Assembly: GCA_965242925.1 (NCBI GenBank)
Contig: CBDEUM010000004.1
Location: forward strand, 79,031 to 143,030
Length of the DNA stretch: 64,000 nt
DNA from: Roseibacillus sp.
GTDB lineage: Bacteria > Verrucomicrobiota > Verrucomicrobiia > Verrucomicrobiales > Akkermansiaceae
Reading direction: 5' to 3'
Shown here: positions 42,481-53,045 of the stretch, in pieces
Layout of the letters: every line of letters starts with the position of its first letter
Numbering within the stretch: position 1 is the first letter of the stretch
Made by a program: the position numbers and the translations under genes
Notes under the pieces: model-generated
Database searches by the model: none
The model's input: the letters and a program-made list of their open reading frames with translations, nothing else
Told to the model about the DNA's origin: nothing

Positions 42481-42542
42481 ATCCTGAAGATTCCACCATT
42501 TAGATTTCCCAACCCTCCCATTAACGCTAGACAATCACTCCA

Positions 42543-43820
42543 ATGGCCAACTTTCAGTATATCGCACTAGACGCCAAGGGCGAGCAGACGACCGGAACCG
42601 TGCAAGCCGGATCCGAAGCCGATGCGGTGGCTCAGCTACGAAACCAGGGACTCTATCCGACCCAGGTGATCCAGGAAGGAAAAGGGAATCTCAGCGTGGC
42701 CGGGAAGAAAGCAGCAGCCAAGGCCCGCGGCAAGAAGAAGGCCCGGGGAAAGACGGGCGGACGAATCAAGCCAAAGATCCTCATGATCTTCACGCGTCAG
42801 TTGGCAACGCTGATCGATTCCGGGTTGCCTCTGCTGCGAGGCCTGACCGTTCTGGGCAAACAGGAACCCAATCAGGTTCTCCGCGGGACCATCAACTCGA
42901 TTGCGGATTCCGTGCAGGGCGGTTCCACCTTTTCGGAGAGCCTGGCGCAGCACCCGCGCATTTTCGATAAACTCTACGTCAACATGGTGAAGGCCGGGGA
43001 ACTCGGTGGTGTGCTTGAAGTGGTGCTTACCCGTCTGGCTGAATACCAGGAGAAAGCCCACAAACTGAAGAACAAGATCGTGGCCGCCATGGTCTACCCC
43101 GTCATCGTCATGTTCATTGCGGTGGCGATCCTGACTTTCCTGATGCTGTTCATTGTGCCGAAGTTCAAGGAGATGTTTGCAGACATGGGGGGGGCCCAAC
43201 TCCCCACGATCTCGAAGGTGGTCTTCGGGTTCTCGGATTTCATGATGGCTATAAATTTTATCCTTCCCAACGCGGTCTGGATTCTCTTTAGCCTCTTCGG
43301 GGTCTGGCTCATCTTCCAGTTCTGGGGCCGCACCAAGGGTGGTCGGCGCTTCCTGGATACGGTCAAGTTGCGCATACCGCTCTTTGGCGAGATTCAGCGC
43401 AAGAGTGCGGTCTCCCGCTTCTCGCGGACCCTGGGGACCCTGGTGACTTCCGGTGTTCCCATCCTGCAGGCTCTGAACATCACCAAGGAGACCGCGGGGA
43501 ACGTGGTAATCTCAGAGGCAATTAGCAAGGTGCACGAGTCGGTGAAGGAGGGGGAATCCATCGTGCAACCCCTCCAAGCCAGTAAGGTGTTCCCGTCCAT
43601 GGTCATCAGTATGGTGGATGTCGGCGAGGAGACCGGTCAATTGCCGGAAATGCTGCTCAAGATTGCGGATGTCTACGATGATGAGGTCGACAATGCGGTG
43701 ACCGCCCTGACTTCGGTCCTGGAGCCCATCATGATCGTTTTCCTGGCTCTGGTTGTCGGTGCAATTGTATTTGCATTGTTCCTACCGCTGATTAAGATTA
43801 TCCAGCAGATGCAGCAGTAG
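42543..43820 (+). CDS. PilC/GspF platform protein
   Basis: FTRQLATL, AGELGG, GEETGQL and EPIMI motifs. Confidence 0.9.
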   Translation: MANFQYIALDAKGEQTTGTVQAGSEADAVAQLRNQGLYPTQVIQEGKGNLSVAGKKAAAKARGKKKARGKTGGRIKPKILMIFTRQLATLIDSGLPLLRGLTVLGKQEPNQVLRGTINSIADSVQGGSTFSESLAQHPRIFDKLYVNMVKAGELGGVLEVVLTRLAEYQEKAHKLKNKIVAAMVYPVIVMFIAVAILTFLMLFIVPKFKEMFADMGGAQLPTISKVVFGFSDFMMAINFILPNAVWILFSLFGVWLIFQFWGRTKGGRRFLDTVKLRIPLFGEIQRKSAVSRFSRTLGTLVTSGVPILQALNITKETAGNVVISEAISKVHESVKEGESIVQPLQASKVFPSMVISMVDVGEETGQLPEMLLKIADVYDDEVDNAVTALTSVLEPIMIVFLALVVGAIVFALFLPLIKIIQQMQQ

Positions 43821-43839
43821 AGAATCCGCCCTCGACCAA

Positions 43840-44424
43840 ATGACCATTTCGCTCAAACCGAAGAGAATCAAGGGATTAAGAGGATTCACCCTCGTTGAAT
43901 TGCTGACCGTGGTTACGATCATCGTCATCCTTTCGGGGATGGTGGTAGGGGTTTCCGCCTTCGTTCAGCGTAAGGCCGCGGTCGACAGGGCAAAAGCGCA
44001 GCTGGCGACCTTTAACCTGAAAATCATCGAATACAAGAATGACGCTGGTGGTTTTCTACCACCCACCTCCGAGGAGGACGTGGAAGCGAGGAGCGGTCTC
44101 ATCCTTTACCGGATGCTCTACGGGGATGGAGTCGGTGACGACGGGATCGTTGGAACCGCTGACGACGGTGCCTTGGATGGGCGACCGGATGAGGGAGCGT
44201 TTCGTGTTTACCTCCCGGACCAACTGGACCCGCATAATAACAACCATAATATGATCAATAAGAAGGGTGGAGAGCTGCCGGTAGAAGTGGTGGATCCCTG
44301 GGGCAACCCCTGGCGGTTCCGCAATCAGAGAGGTGATCCCAGCCAGAAAAATCCTGATTTTGATCTCTGGTCTATCGGTCCTGACGGAAAAAACGGAACC
44401 GTGGACGACATAAAGAACTGGTAG
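43840..44424 (+). CDS. Type IV prepilin / GspG-like pseudopilin
   Basis: GFTLVELL cleavage motif; DPWGNPW and SIGPDGK.GT.DDI.NW tail. Confidence 0.88.
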   Translation: MTISLKPKRIKGLRGFTLVELLTVVTIIVILSGMVVGVSAFVQRKAAVDRAKAQLATFNLKIIEYKNDAGGFLPPTSEEDVEARSGLILYRMLYGDGVGDDGIVGTADDGALDGRPDEGAFRVYLPDQLDPHNNNHNMINKKGGELPVEVVDPWGNPWRFRNQRGDPSQKNPDFDLWSIGPDGKNGTVDDIKNW

Positions 44425-44647
44425 AGGCTGGTCCTGCCTCCCGAGGCATGACAGTCGGGCCTTCGTTGCCCAGGTGTCATGGTGGTGGGCCCCGTGTTCA
44501 TGACGGGGGAGGAAGCGCGTCCCCTTCAATTTTAACTGCTCCCGGGGATTCGGTCTGGTTGCCGACAGCAGGTCCTCTGATCCCCGGTTGGCTCTCCCGC
44601 CCACCGTAATGGGGCGCCTTAGAGCGCAGGGTCGGTGGCCAGTTGCT

Positions 44648-45079
44648 TCAGGCTACCCGGACGGCAGGAGCGGCGGGAATAGCGGCCCCCTGTTCCAGGA
44701 AATGATGAACATTGCGTAATGCGACCGGCGTCCGTGAGAGACGATAGCCGTCAGGGAGACCGCCCCCGACCATCGAACAGGTCGCGATTACGGTGCTGGC
44801 CAGTTCGTGGATCTCCTCCTCCGGGGCGTAAATCACCGAACCCCGGATGCCCCGGTCAATGAGGCGTTCATACCAGGGAGCCAACTGGAGAGCTCCGACG
44901 TAGCTGACCTGGAGGGAAAGGACTTCACTGAGATCGAGGTATTCGACTGCCCCCCTTAGATCATTGGGGAGATGGGAGGCCTCCTCGAGGTAGTGTTCCA
45001 TGTCGACGAGGGTGACATGATCCCATGCCGCTGCGTCGATTACGCGATGATCCAGATGATACTCGTATCCGGCAGGCAT
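44648..45079 (-). CDS. Hypothetical protein, possibly STAS/SpoIIAA-like
   Basis: 143-aa ORF filling an intergenic gap, with an alpha/beta pattern. Confidence 0.5.
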   Translation of the reverse strand: MPAGYEYHLDHRVIDAAAWDHVTLVDMEHYLEEASHLPNDLRGAVEYLDLSEVLSLQVSYVGALQLAPWYERLIDRGIRGSVIYAPEEEIHELASTVIATCSMVGGGLPDGYRLSRTPVALRNVHHFLEQGAAIPAAPAVRVA

Positions 45080-45226
45080 TTAAGAAATCTTAAATACCAG
45101 ACGGCAGGATGCAAGGAGCTTTCCCGGGGAGAATCCGCTGGGTGGCCGGTGCGGAGGCCCCTTCGGCTTCGGGTGGTGAATTGATGTCAGAGGGCCCCGC
45201 AGCACGTCATGCTCACCCCGTGACAA

Positions 45227-45886
45227 TCAGTCCTTGAGCTTCAGCTTGAGCAATTTTGGCTGAATGACGACCCGGCAATAACCGTTTCGCCGCTTGTTCA
45301 AAAAATAGAAATCCTGGTGGTAGTCCTCGGCTCCCCAGAACTTCACGACCTTGCGGATTTCCGTGACGATGGGTTTCTTGAACATCTTCTGGGCCTCTTT
45401 CATGGATGCCTCGGTCGCTTTCTTCTGCTCTTCGGAGTGAAAGAAGACGGCGGAGCGATACTGGGGCCCCTTGTCTGCGCCCTGCTGATCCTTGCTGGTC
45501 GGATCATGGAGTTCCCAGAACCAGGCCAGGACATCAGAGGTTGGGATTTTCTTGGGATCGTAGATCACCTGCACGACTTCAATGTGTCCCGTGTTCTTCT
45601 GGCAGATCTGTTCATAGGTCGGATTCTGCACGAAACCTCCCATATAGCCGGATACTACCGAATGGACGCCCTCCAGTTGCTGGTAAACGGCCTCCACGCA
45701 CCAGAAGCAGCCGGCGCCGAGCGTGATCGTCTCTGATCCTTCGGGGGGAGCTCCTCTTTCGTCGACCGCTTTTTCCTTCATCTTTGTCTTGGGAATCTTG
45801 CTTGTATTCTTGGTGCCGCTGTCCTGGCACGATGCCGCGCCGATGGCGAACAGACCAAGCAGGGTCGAGAGAGCTACTGCTTTCAT
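45227..45886 (-). CDS. msrA: Peptide methionine sulfoxide reductase A, lipoprotein
   Basis: GAGCFWCVE, GPQYRS and AEDYHQ motifs; lipobox AASC. Confidence 0.92.
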   Translation of the reverse strand: MKAVALSTLLGLFAIGAASCQDSGTKNTSKIPKTKMKEKAVDERGAPPEGSETITLGAGCFWCVEAVYQQLEGVHSVVSGYMGGFVQNPTYEQICQKNTGHIEVVQVIYDPKKIPTSDVLAWFWELHDPTSKDQQGADKGPQYRSAVFFHSEEQKKATEASMKEAQKMFKKPIVTEIRKVVKFWGAEDYHQDFYFLNKRRNGYCRVVIQPKLLKLKLKD

Positions 45887-46208
45887 GATGCCCAGAGGTT
45901 AACGGTTGTCATCTTGTTGTGCAACCGGAAGGAATTGTGGAGAGCCAGAAAATCCGGCCGGAAACCCAACCAATTGCCTGTAAATAGCGGTTAATTCCCT
46001 GTTGGCGATTTCTTTCGTGGGCCCTGTTCGACTGAGGGAGAGTTTTGATTCCTCCCCGATTCCGGTCCTCTTTGCCGCTGAGGATCAATCCCTTGCCGGC
46101 CATCTGCGAGGCCTCGGTGACCGGTGATCAGGGAGTGGCCCTGTTAAAGTCGCCCGTCACTCTGCCGACTTGCGAAGAATCAGGTCGTCCTCTATGACCG
46201 CCTGGTCC

Positions 46209-47138
46209 ATGGCTGCTACGGTTCTCGATCTCAGGAATGTACAGAAGATCTACAAGGGCAGGGTCGAGGCTTTGCGGGGGATCTCATTACAGGTAGCGGA
46301 GGGATCAATCTTCGGTTTGCTCGGCCCAAATGGAGCGGGCAAGAGCACCCTGGTGAAGATTCTCACCACCATCATTCATCCCACCCGGTGCGAGGGAACA
46401 ATGCTGGGGTGCCCGGTGGGTCACAAGCCGACCCTCCGACAGGTGGGCTACCTGCCCGAGCATGCCCGCTTCCCAGCCTACCTCACCGGGCGTCAGGTGA
46501 TCCAATACGCCGCCGGTCTTGCCGGGGTCCGGGTGAATCCAGAACGCGTCCGGAACCTCCTCAAGCTGGTGGGGATGGAGGGCGCCAGTGAACGTACTCT
46601 GAAGACCTACTCCAAGGGAATGGTGCAGCGGATCGGGTTCGCCCAGGCTCTGGTTAACGATCCCCAGCTGGTTTTCCTGGATGAGCCGACGGACGGAGTC
46701 GATCCGGAGGGGCGTCGTGTCATGCGTGAATTGCTTCTGAAGCTGCGGAGCGAGGGAAGGACCGTATTCGTGAATAGTCACCTTCTTGGTGAGCTGGAGA
46801 CCGTTTGCGACTCGGTTGCCATTCTCAAGGAGGGATCGGTCGTCAGGCAGGGAGCCCTGGCTGAGCTCACCGGCGGATCGTGCCGGTTCGAAATCATTAC
46901 CGCAGGGCCAATCGGGGAGGAGGTGGCTGAGAGGTTCCGGACGAAGGGATTGGTGGTTGAGGAGAGACGGGTGGAGGTTTCCGGGGGCGATGCCGAGCCG
47001 GTCCAGCCCGTGCTTGATGCTCTGCGCTCCGAAGGGTCAGTCATCACCGAGGTGCGTCAGGTACGCCAGTCGCTGGAGGATCTCTTTCTGGAATCGGTCG
47101 CTGATGAAAGCGGGCGGAAAGGGAAGGATTCGTCATGA
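46209..47138 (+). CDS. ABC transporter ATP-binding protein
   Basis: GPNGAGKST, YSKGM and LDEPT motifs. Confidence 0.9.
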   Translation: MAATVLDLRNVQKIYKGRVEALRGISLQVAEGSIFGLLGPNGAGKSTLVKILTTIIHPTRCEGTMLGCPVGHKPTLRQVGYLPEHARFPAYLTGRQVIQYAAGLAGVRVNPERVRNLLKLVGMEGASERTLKTYSKGMVQRIGFAQALVNDPQLVFLDEPTDGVDPEGRRVMRELLLKLRSEGRTVFVNSHLLGELETVCDSVAILKEGSVVRQGALAELTGGSCRFEIITAGPIGEEVAERFRTKGLVVEERRVEVSGGDAEPVQPVLDALRSEGSVITEVRQVRQSLEDLFLESVADESGRKGKDSS

Positions 47139-48166
47139 ATACGCTTGGCGTTCTCCTTCTTGACTCCTTCCGGATGCTGCGATCACAGAAGCTCTTCTGG
47201 ATCGTGCTGACGCTCTCCGGAATGGTGGCGCTGGGGTATGCCTCCATCGGTTTCGACCAAAAAGGCATATCGCTCTTCTTCGGCTTGTGGACCATCGAAC
47301 ATGAATCCCTTCAGTTGGGGACGGAGGAGTCCAGGGAACTGTATCTCCTTATCTTCACCAACACCATCGTCCCTCACTGGCTTGGGTTGTTCGCGGTGGT
47401 GCTGGCCCTCATTTCCTGCGCCTCGATCTTCCCTGAATTCGTGCGCGAGGGATCGGTTGACCTGACGCTCTCCAAGCCGCCGCGCCGCATCACACTGTTC
47501 CTGGGCAAGTATCTGGGAAGTCTCCTGTTCGTTTTTCTGCAGGTCCTGCCATTTACGGTAATCGTATTCCTGTCCTTCGGCCTTCGTTTTGAAGAGTGGA
47601 ATCTGGGTCTTTTCTGGGCGGTGCCTCTGGTCGTGCTCGTCTTCAGCTTTGTCTATGCCATGCATGTTCTGATCTCGATCTGGTCGGGTTCCACTGTCTT
47701 CGGTCTGCTCGCCGCCTGCCTTGTCTGGGGTGTGTCGGTGCTCACGGAATGGACCGAAGACATCGTTTACCAGTTTGCCTACACTGTTCCGCAGGCAGGC
47801 ATGAAGCCGGACTGGGCTGGCGGGGGGGTTGAGGAGATGGAACCCCGGGAGAGCGCAGGGGAGTTCATGGTGGGGTTGCACAGGTGCCTCGATGTTCTCC
47901 GGACCCCGTTGCCGAAGACCCGTGCGGTGGGGGCTCAAATGAGAAATCTGATCAGCGTTGACCAGGGCGGCAGCGGACTGGCAGGGAAGTCTCTCCTTGG
48001 TTCACTGTTCAGTGATTCGTCCATGGAGGTGCCGCCACACATCGCGGAGGCCGAGCGCCGCGCTGATCAGCGGCATCCCGTGTGGAAGGATGTGGGGAGT
48101 TCGCTCTGTTACGAATTACTCGTGGCAGGGTTGGCGGCCTGGATTTTCGCCCGGAGGGATTACTGA
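47135..48166 (+). CDS. ABC-2 type transporter permease
   Basis: Multi-TM protein, LSKP..R..LFLGKY and C-terminal F.RRDY; overlaps the ATPase stop. Confidence 0.8.
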   Translation: MNTLGVLLLDSFRMLRSQKLFWIVLTLSGMVALGYASIGFDQKGISLFFGLWTIEHESLQLGTEESRELYLLIFTNTIVPHWLGLFAVVLALISCASIFPEFVREGSVDLTLSKPPRRITLFLGKYLGSLLFVFLQVLPFTVIVFLSFGLRFEEWNLGLFWAVPLVVLVFSFVYAMHVLISIWSGSTVFGLLAACLVWGVSVLTEWTEDIVYQFAYTVPQAGMKPDWAGGGVEEMEPRESAGEFMVGLHRCLDVLRTPLPKTRAVGAQMRNLISVDQGGSGLAGKSLLGSLFSDSSMEVPPHIAEAERRADQRHPVWKDVGSSLCYELLVAGLAAWIFARRDY

Positions 48167-48257
48167 GAAGGATGCAGTTGGCCCGGATGTGTGGGCGCGC
48201 CAGGAAAACCCGTTCGGTCAAGGGGGAATGCCGGATCCTGCAGGTGGCAGGCGAAAA

Positions 48258-50393
48258 TCACTGGTCGGCAGATTGTGTTTTCGCCTCTCCAAGGTGCTCC
48301 CTGATGAAGCCCTGGATATAGCGCGAGCCAAAGAATTCCTTGGTGACTTTCGGTTCGTCGCCGTGGGGCAGGTAGAGGACATTGACCGGGACAGCCCTCC
48401 TCTTCAGTTCGGCAATGGTCTGGGCAATTCTCGGATCGTAATTGGTGAAATCAGCCTTGAGAGGCAGGATATTGTGCGTATCGAACAATTTCCGGACCGC
48501 CCTGTTGTATCCCCGGGACTTGTTGACCTGGCAGGTCGCACACCATGTGGCGGTGAAATCCACATAGACAGGCCTGCCCTGCTCAAGGGCCTGTTCTACG
48601 GCCTCGGGTGACCAGGGTTTCCAGTCGAGACCCGCCGGGGGCGGTTTGGAGGACATTAGTCCAACGCTGGAAAAGAGAACCGCGGCGACATAACCAACTG
48701 TCCGGGTACGTCTGGTCCGGGAAATGACGCACCAGCGGCCGTAGACCCACAGGGCGATTCCGATGAAGGTCAACCCCAGGACGATTGGAAGCATCTTGCC
48801 GAGACCAACCTCCTTGAGAGAGAGTAGCGACCAGAGGAGAAAGCCAGCAGTGCCGAACAGGAGAAAGGCCATGGCCTGCTTGAAGGATTCCATCCAGGGT
48901 CCGGGTCGGGGCAGTTTTTCGACCAGTCTGGGAAAGGCAGAGAGGAGGACGTAAGGGAAGGCTAATCCGAGCGCCATCATGGTAAAGGCCAGGAGAAAGA
49001 GCAGGGGCGACAGATTAAATGCCAGGCCGATGGCAACACCGAGAAAGGGCGCGGAGCAGGGGGTTGCCACGACCGTGGCGAGTACACCGGAAAAGAATGA
49101 TCCGCCCGCTCCCTGCTTGTGTGTCAGGGTGCCGCCCACACTGGTTGCGGAGGCTCCAATCTCGAAGACCCCGTACATATTCATGGCAAGGACGAACATG
49201 ACGAGCATGAGAACCCAGACGACCCAGGGGTTCTGCAACTGATAACCCCAGCTGACATCCTGTCCCACGCTTCCTATCACACCTTCCCGCAGTCCCAGCA
49301 ATAGTCCGGAGAGGATCCAGAAGGAGAGCAGGACCCCGCCGGCATAAATCAAGCCATGAACCAGGATCGACCTGCGGTCCTCGCCCGCCTGTTGCACGAA
49401 GCCCATGATCTTGATTCCAATGACGGGGAATACGCAGGGCATGAGGTTCAGGATCATTCCGCCAAGAAACATCCCGCCAAGGATGGCGAGAAGTTTTGAA
49501 AAACTGACAGGGGGATTGGCGGTCGCGCCGTATTCCACCTCTACGAGGTAACCTTTTTCGCCGAGAGTGAGGATTCCGCCGAGAGTGCGGGCCGTTTCGG
49601 AATTGGATTCCTCGTTCCGGGCAATTGTCCAGCGCACTCCGTTCTCTCCCCGTTCCACGACCGGGTCGGATTGGGCATCCATCACTTGTTCGTAATCATA
49701 AAAGTGAATCTTCCCCTCCGGGACCGCATCAGCGGGAGAAAGCAGGAGGGTGATTTCACTGCTCGTCTTGCTGGCCTGGACCGTCAGGTTGCCGGGGAGC
49801 GCTCCCGGTTGCATGGCGCGGGCCGCGGTAAAGGCCGGGGCATTGACCGGATCGTTCACCGCTTCCGCGGCAACCGGAAGGGTGATTTCGCTGGGCGTAG
49901 CCGGACGTCCGAAGCCTGGTTCAGGGAGGCAGTTGTTCTCGTCGCAGATCTGCCACCGGGGAGTGGCGCTCACCGTCACTTTCGAGCCCACCTTGAGATT
50001 GGGTGGCGGAGTGATCTCAAAGAGGTGATAGACCAGCGGCTCGTAGCCATAGGTCTTCTTTCCGGCCGTGGTGCCAATGTGAGGAACAGGCCAGGCCACT
50101 CGTTCGGCCTTGAATCCTGGTGGGAGTTTCCAGTTCGGTTGCAGGGACATCCCGACAAAACCGGGATTGATGAAGTAGGAGTGCCAGTGGGGAGGGTGGG
50201 TCAGCTTGATGGTTGCCTGGAAGGGCTTGCCGGGCGCCAGGCTCCTGACCTCGGAGAGAAACTCCATCCTGCTTGAGTTGCCGGACTGCTCCGCGGCCGC
50301 GAAGGGATCGAAGTCCTCGGCCTGCCCCTCGATGGGCAGGGCGAATCCAGCGGTGAGGATGAGTGGGGCGAAAAGATGACTGAGTGGTCGCAT
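48258..50393 (-). CDS. dsbD: Thiol:disulfide interchange protein DsbD family
   Basis: LNLMPCVFP, ATPCSAP, PRPGPWM and DFTATWCATC motifs. Confidence 0.88.
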   Translation of the reverse strand: MRPLSHLFAPLILTAGFALPIEGQAEDFDPFAAAEQSGNSSRMEFLSEVRSLAPGKPFQATIKLTHPPHWHSYFINPGFVGMSLQPNWKLPPGFKAERVAWPVPHIGTTAGKKTYGYEPLVYHLFEITPPPNLKVGSKVTVSATPRWQICDENNCLPEPGFGRPATPSEITLPVAAEAVNDPVNAPAFTAARAMQPGALPGNLTVQASKTSSEITLLLSPADAVPEGKIHFYDYEQVMDAQSDPVVERGENGVRWTIARNEESNSETARTLGGILTLGEKGYLVEVEYGATANPPVSFSKLLAILGGMFLGGMILNLMPCVFPVIGIKIMGFVQQAGEDRRSILVHGLIYAGGVLLSFWILSGLLLGLREGVIGSVGQDVSWGYQLQNPWVVWVLMLVMFVLAMNMYGVFEIGASATSVGGTLTHKQGAGGSFFSGVLATVVATPCSAPFLGVAIGLAFNLSPLLFLLAFTMMALGLAFPYVLLSAFPRLVEKLPRPGPWMESFKQAMAFLLFGTAGFLLWSLLSLKEVGLGKMLPIVLGLTFIGIALWVYGRWCVISRTRRTRTVGYVAAVLFSSVGLMSSKPPPAGLDWKPWSPEAVEQALEQGRPVYVDFTATWCATCQVNKSRGYNRAVRKLFDTHNILPLKADFTNYDPRIAQTIAELKRRAVPVNVLYLPHGDEPKVTKEFFGSRYIQGFIREHLGEAKTQSADQ

Positions 50394-50432
50394 GGGATGA
50401 TTAGTGACGGCGGTATTTTACACAACCTGACC

Positions 50433-50466
50433 AAAAGAAAAAGCAGCGGGAATTTCCCGCTGCTTT
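50433..50466 (-). terminator. Intrinsic terminator after the glycine-zipper gene
   Basis: AAAGCAGCGGGA-AAT-TCCCGCTGCTTT followed by TTCTTTT on the minus strand. Confidence 0.75.
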
Positions 50467-50493
50467 GTAGAAGGATTAACTGGTGCGAAATCT

Positions 50494-50751
50494 CTAGTAG
50501 CCACGCACGTGGCCTTGCTGTTTATCCTTTGCGTTTCCGGCCGCAGCGCCAGCAGCGCCTCCGACGGCTGCCCCGATGAGGGCTCCGGTTCCGGCATCGC
50601 CATCCCCGACATTGTTACCGATAATGGCGCCCGCTACGCCCCCAAGGGCGGCCCCGGTGAGGGCTCCGGCCTGGGTGTTGGGGCCGGCGGCACAACTCGC
50701 GAAGAGGAGAGAAACGGCGGCTGTGAGACTGGTCAGGAGTTTGATTTTCAT
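50494..50751 (-). CDS. Glycine-zipper lipoprotein
   Basis: Lipobox FASC and GALTGAALGG..GAIIG / GALIGAAVGG repeats. Confidence 0.85.
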   Translation of the reverse strand: MKIKLLTSLTAAVSLLFASCAAGPNTQAGALTGAALGGVAGAIIGNNVGDGDAGTGALIGAAVGGAAGAAAGNAKDKQQGHVRGY

Positions 50752-50843
50752 GGTGTATTCGTGTTTGGTTCAGTTGCTTTGTGGCATCTTAATCCGTTGC
50801 GCTCTCCGAGACAATCGAAACAATCAAGTGGAGGTTCTGCTCT

Positions 50844-51884
50844 TTAGGACGCAGAAACCGCAGAACTATTCAAAATTTCTCGGATCAGTTTTGGTCCGTG
50901 GTAGATGAATCCGGTATAGAGTTGGAGGAGGGTGGCGCCGGCAGAGAGTTTTTCTGCGGCATCGACGGCCGACATGATGCCCCCGACACCGATGATCGGA
51001 ATCCTGTCACCAAGGTCGTCGTGAAAGCGGGAGATCACCTCGGTGGAGTTTTTCGTCAGGGGAGCACCAGACAGTCCGCCCGCCTCGGCGTGGGATGGGT
51101 GAGCGCCCACCTCCGGGCGCTCAACGGTGGTGTTGGTGGCGATGAGGGCATCGAGACCATGATCGAGAAAGACCCTGCTCAAGGCGCGGATCTCCCCGGT
51201 CTGAAGATCGGGGGCGACCTTGATGGCAAGGGGGACCTGACGACCGGTCTCACGGAGCAGGATGTCGCGCTCACTCTGCAGACGATCGAGAAGGCGGGCG
51301 GCGGGCTCGGGGCCCTGGAGATCCCTCAAGCCCGGCGTGTTGGGCGAGGACAGGTTCACCGCGATGTAATCCGCCACTGGCCAGGCCTCCCGCAGGCAGA
51401 TCAGGTAGTCATCGATGGCCTGCTCATTGGGGGTGTCCTTGTTCTTGCCGATATTGAAGCCGATCACGCCCTGAAAACCCTTGGTCTTCCGCACGTTGGC
51501 AACGCCCTCCGTGACGCCGGGGTTATTGAACCCCATCCGGTTGATAATGGCATCGTGTTCCGGGAGGCGGAAGAGGCGGGGCCTGGGATTGCCATCCTGG
51601 GGACGTGGAGTGATGGTTCCGATCTCGATGAAGCCGAATCCCAGGCGGCCGAAGGCATCAATGGCATTGCCTTCCTTGTCCATGCCTGCGGCGAGGCCGA
51701 GGCGATTGGGAAAGGTCAGTCCCATGCATTTCACCGGTGCCAGGCCCGGTGAATCGCCAGCCAGGCCTTTCAGGACGCCGCAGTTTTCCGCCAGTCGCAG
51801 GGCGGCGAGTGACCAGTCATGGGCCCGTTCGGGATTGAGGCGGAACAGGAGCTTGCGCGCCAGCGGGTAGGTGCCTTCGAGCAT
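50844..51884 (-). CDS. pyrD: Quinone-dependent dihydroorotate dehydrogenase
   Basis: AAGMDK, NRMGFNN, N.SSPNTPGLR, KVAPD and GGLSG motifs. Confidence 0.93.
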   Translation of the reverse strand: MLEGTYPLARKLLFRLNPERAHDWSLAALRLAENCGVLKGLAGDSPGLAPVKCMGLTFPNRLGLAAGMDKEGNAIDAFGRLGFGFIEIGTITPRPQDGNPRPRLFRLPEHDAIINRMGFNNPGVTEGVANVRKTKGFQGVIGFNIGKNKDTPNEQAIDDYLICLREAWPVADYIAVNLSSPNTPGLRDLQGPEPAARLLDRLQSERDILLRETGRQVPLAIKVAPDLQTGEIRALSRVFLDHGLDALIATNTTVERPEVGAHPSHAEAGGLSGAPLTKNSTEVISRFHDDLGDRIPIIGVGGIMSAVDAAEKLSAGATLLQLYTGFIYHGPKLIREILNSSAVSAS

Positions 51885-51944
51885 GTTTTCCTGCCACCGT
51901 TATGCTCGACCAGGGGGGCGGGAGCAAGAAGGGAGTGGGGACGT

Positions 51945-53045
51945 TCAGTCCGCGAGGTGGGAAACAATGGAGTCCACGAGCAGGGGCCCCCTGCCAAGGA
52001 GGCGCAGATGGTCTCCATCCCATCCTGCCAGGCCCTCCTCAATGGTGTGCCCTATGCGCTCCTCCGATACGGCGCCGAGGTGGCGGCGATGAACGCCCTG
52101 GTCCGTCCGCAGCATGAGGGCGATGCGTTCGAGATCGAGTTGGGCTCCGGTGAGATCTTCTGCTTCATGCTCGGCGTGGCCGGCCTGCTCGACCAGTTGG
52201 ATGTATTGCCGGGTGTCTGGAATGTTCTTCCAGCGGCGCCCCGCGATGGTGGACACCGCGGATGGGCCGAGGCCGAGGTAGTTCATTCCGGCCCAGTAGG
52301 CCCGGTTATGACAGCTCTCGAATCCTGGTTGGGCGTAATTGGATGTCTCATAATGGCGGAATCCGTGTTGGGTGAGCAGATTGTGTGCAAGTTCGAACAT
52401 CTCCGCGTTGAGCTCGTCCTTGTCGTGGTAGAGGCCCTGCTGAAACCGTTCGAAAAAGGGAGTGTCTTCCTCGTAAGTGAGATTGTAGGCCGAGATGTGG
52501 GTGGGGGAGAGGCTCAGGGCCTTTTCCAGACTGTGCCGCCACTGGCTCAGGGACTGACCGGGGATGGAGAAGATGAGATCGATGCTCACGTTCTCGATCC
52601 CGGCCTCCCGGAGGAGAGCGAAAGACCGTGTGATCTCGGATGGGCCGTGCGTTCTTCCCAAGGCGGTGAGATTCCCGGGGTCAAAGGATTGCGCCCCCAG
52701 AGAAACCCTCGAGATTCCGAGATCCGCGTATGCGCTTGCAGTCTCTCGCCCGAAAGTGGCCGGATTCGCCTCGAGGTTGATTTCCGCCTCTGGCAGAAAT
52801 CTGAAGATCTCCCGCAAACCCTCCAAGAGTCGGCGGAGGAGGAAAGGGGAGAGCATGCTGGGAGTGCCGCCGCCGAGGTAGACCGTTTCGAGGCCCGGGA
52901 TCGGTAGTCTGGAGGACCGGTCCCCGGCCTCTGCCAGAAGGGCGTCAACAAAGCGCGCCATATCCGTGTTCCCCGGGGTGTGCTTGTAAAATGAGCAGTA
53001 GGGGCAGATGCGGTGACAGAAGGGAATATGGAGGTAGAGATGAAT
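51945..53045 (-). CDS. hemW: Radical SAM heme chaperone HemW
   Basis: The frame extends upstream of the listed ORF to IHLYLHIPFCHRICPYCSF (CxxxCxxC); GGGTPS, EANP and YETSNY motifs. Confidence 0.88.
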   Translation of the reverse strand: MHLYLHIPFCHRICPYCSFYKHTPGNTDMARFVDALLAEAGDRSSRLPIPGLETVYLGGGTPSMLSPFLLRRLLEGLREIFRFLPEAEINLEANPATFGRETASAYADLGISRVSLGAQSFDPGNLTALGRTHGPSEITRSFALLREAGIENVSIDLIFSIPGQSLSQWRHSLEKALSLSPTHISAYNLTYEEDTPFFERFQQGLYHDKDELNAEMFELAHNLLTQHGFRHYETSNYAQPGFESCHNRAYWAGMNYLGLGPSAVSTIAGRRWKNIPDTRQYIQLVEQAGHAEHEAEDLTGAQLDLERIALMLRTDQGVHRRHLGAVSEERIGHTIEEGLAGWDGDHLRLLGRGPLLVDSIVSHLAD

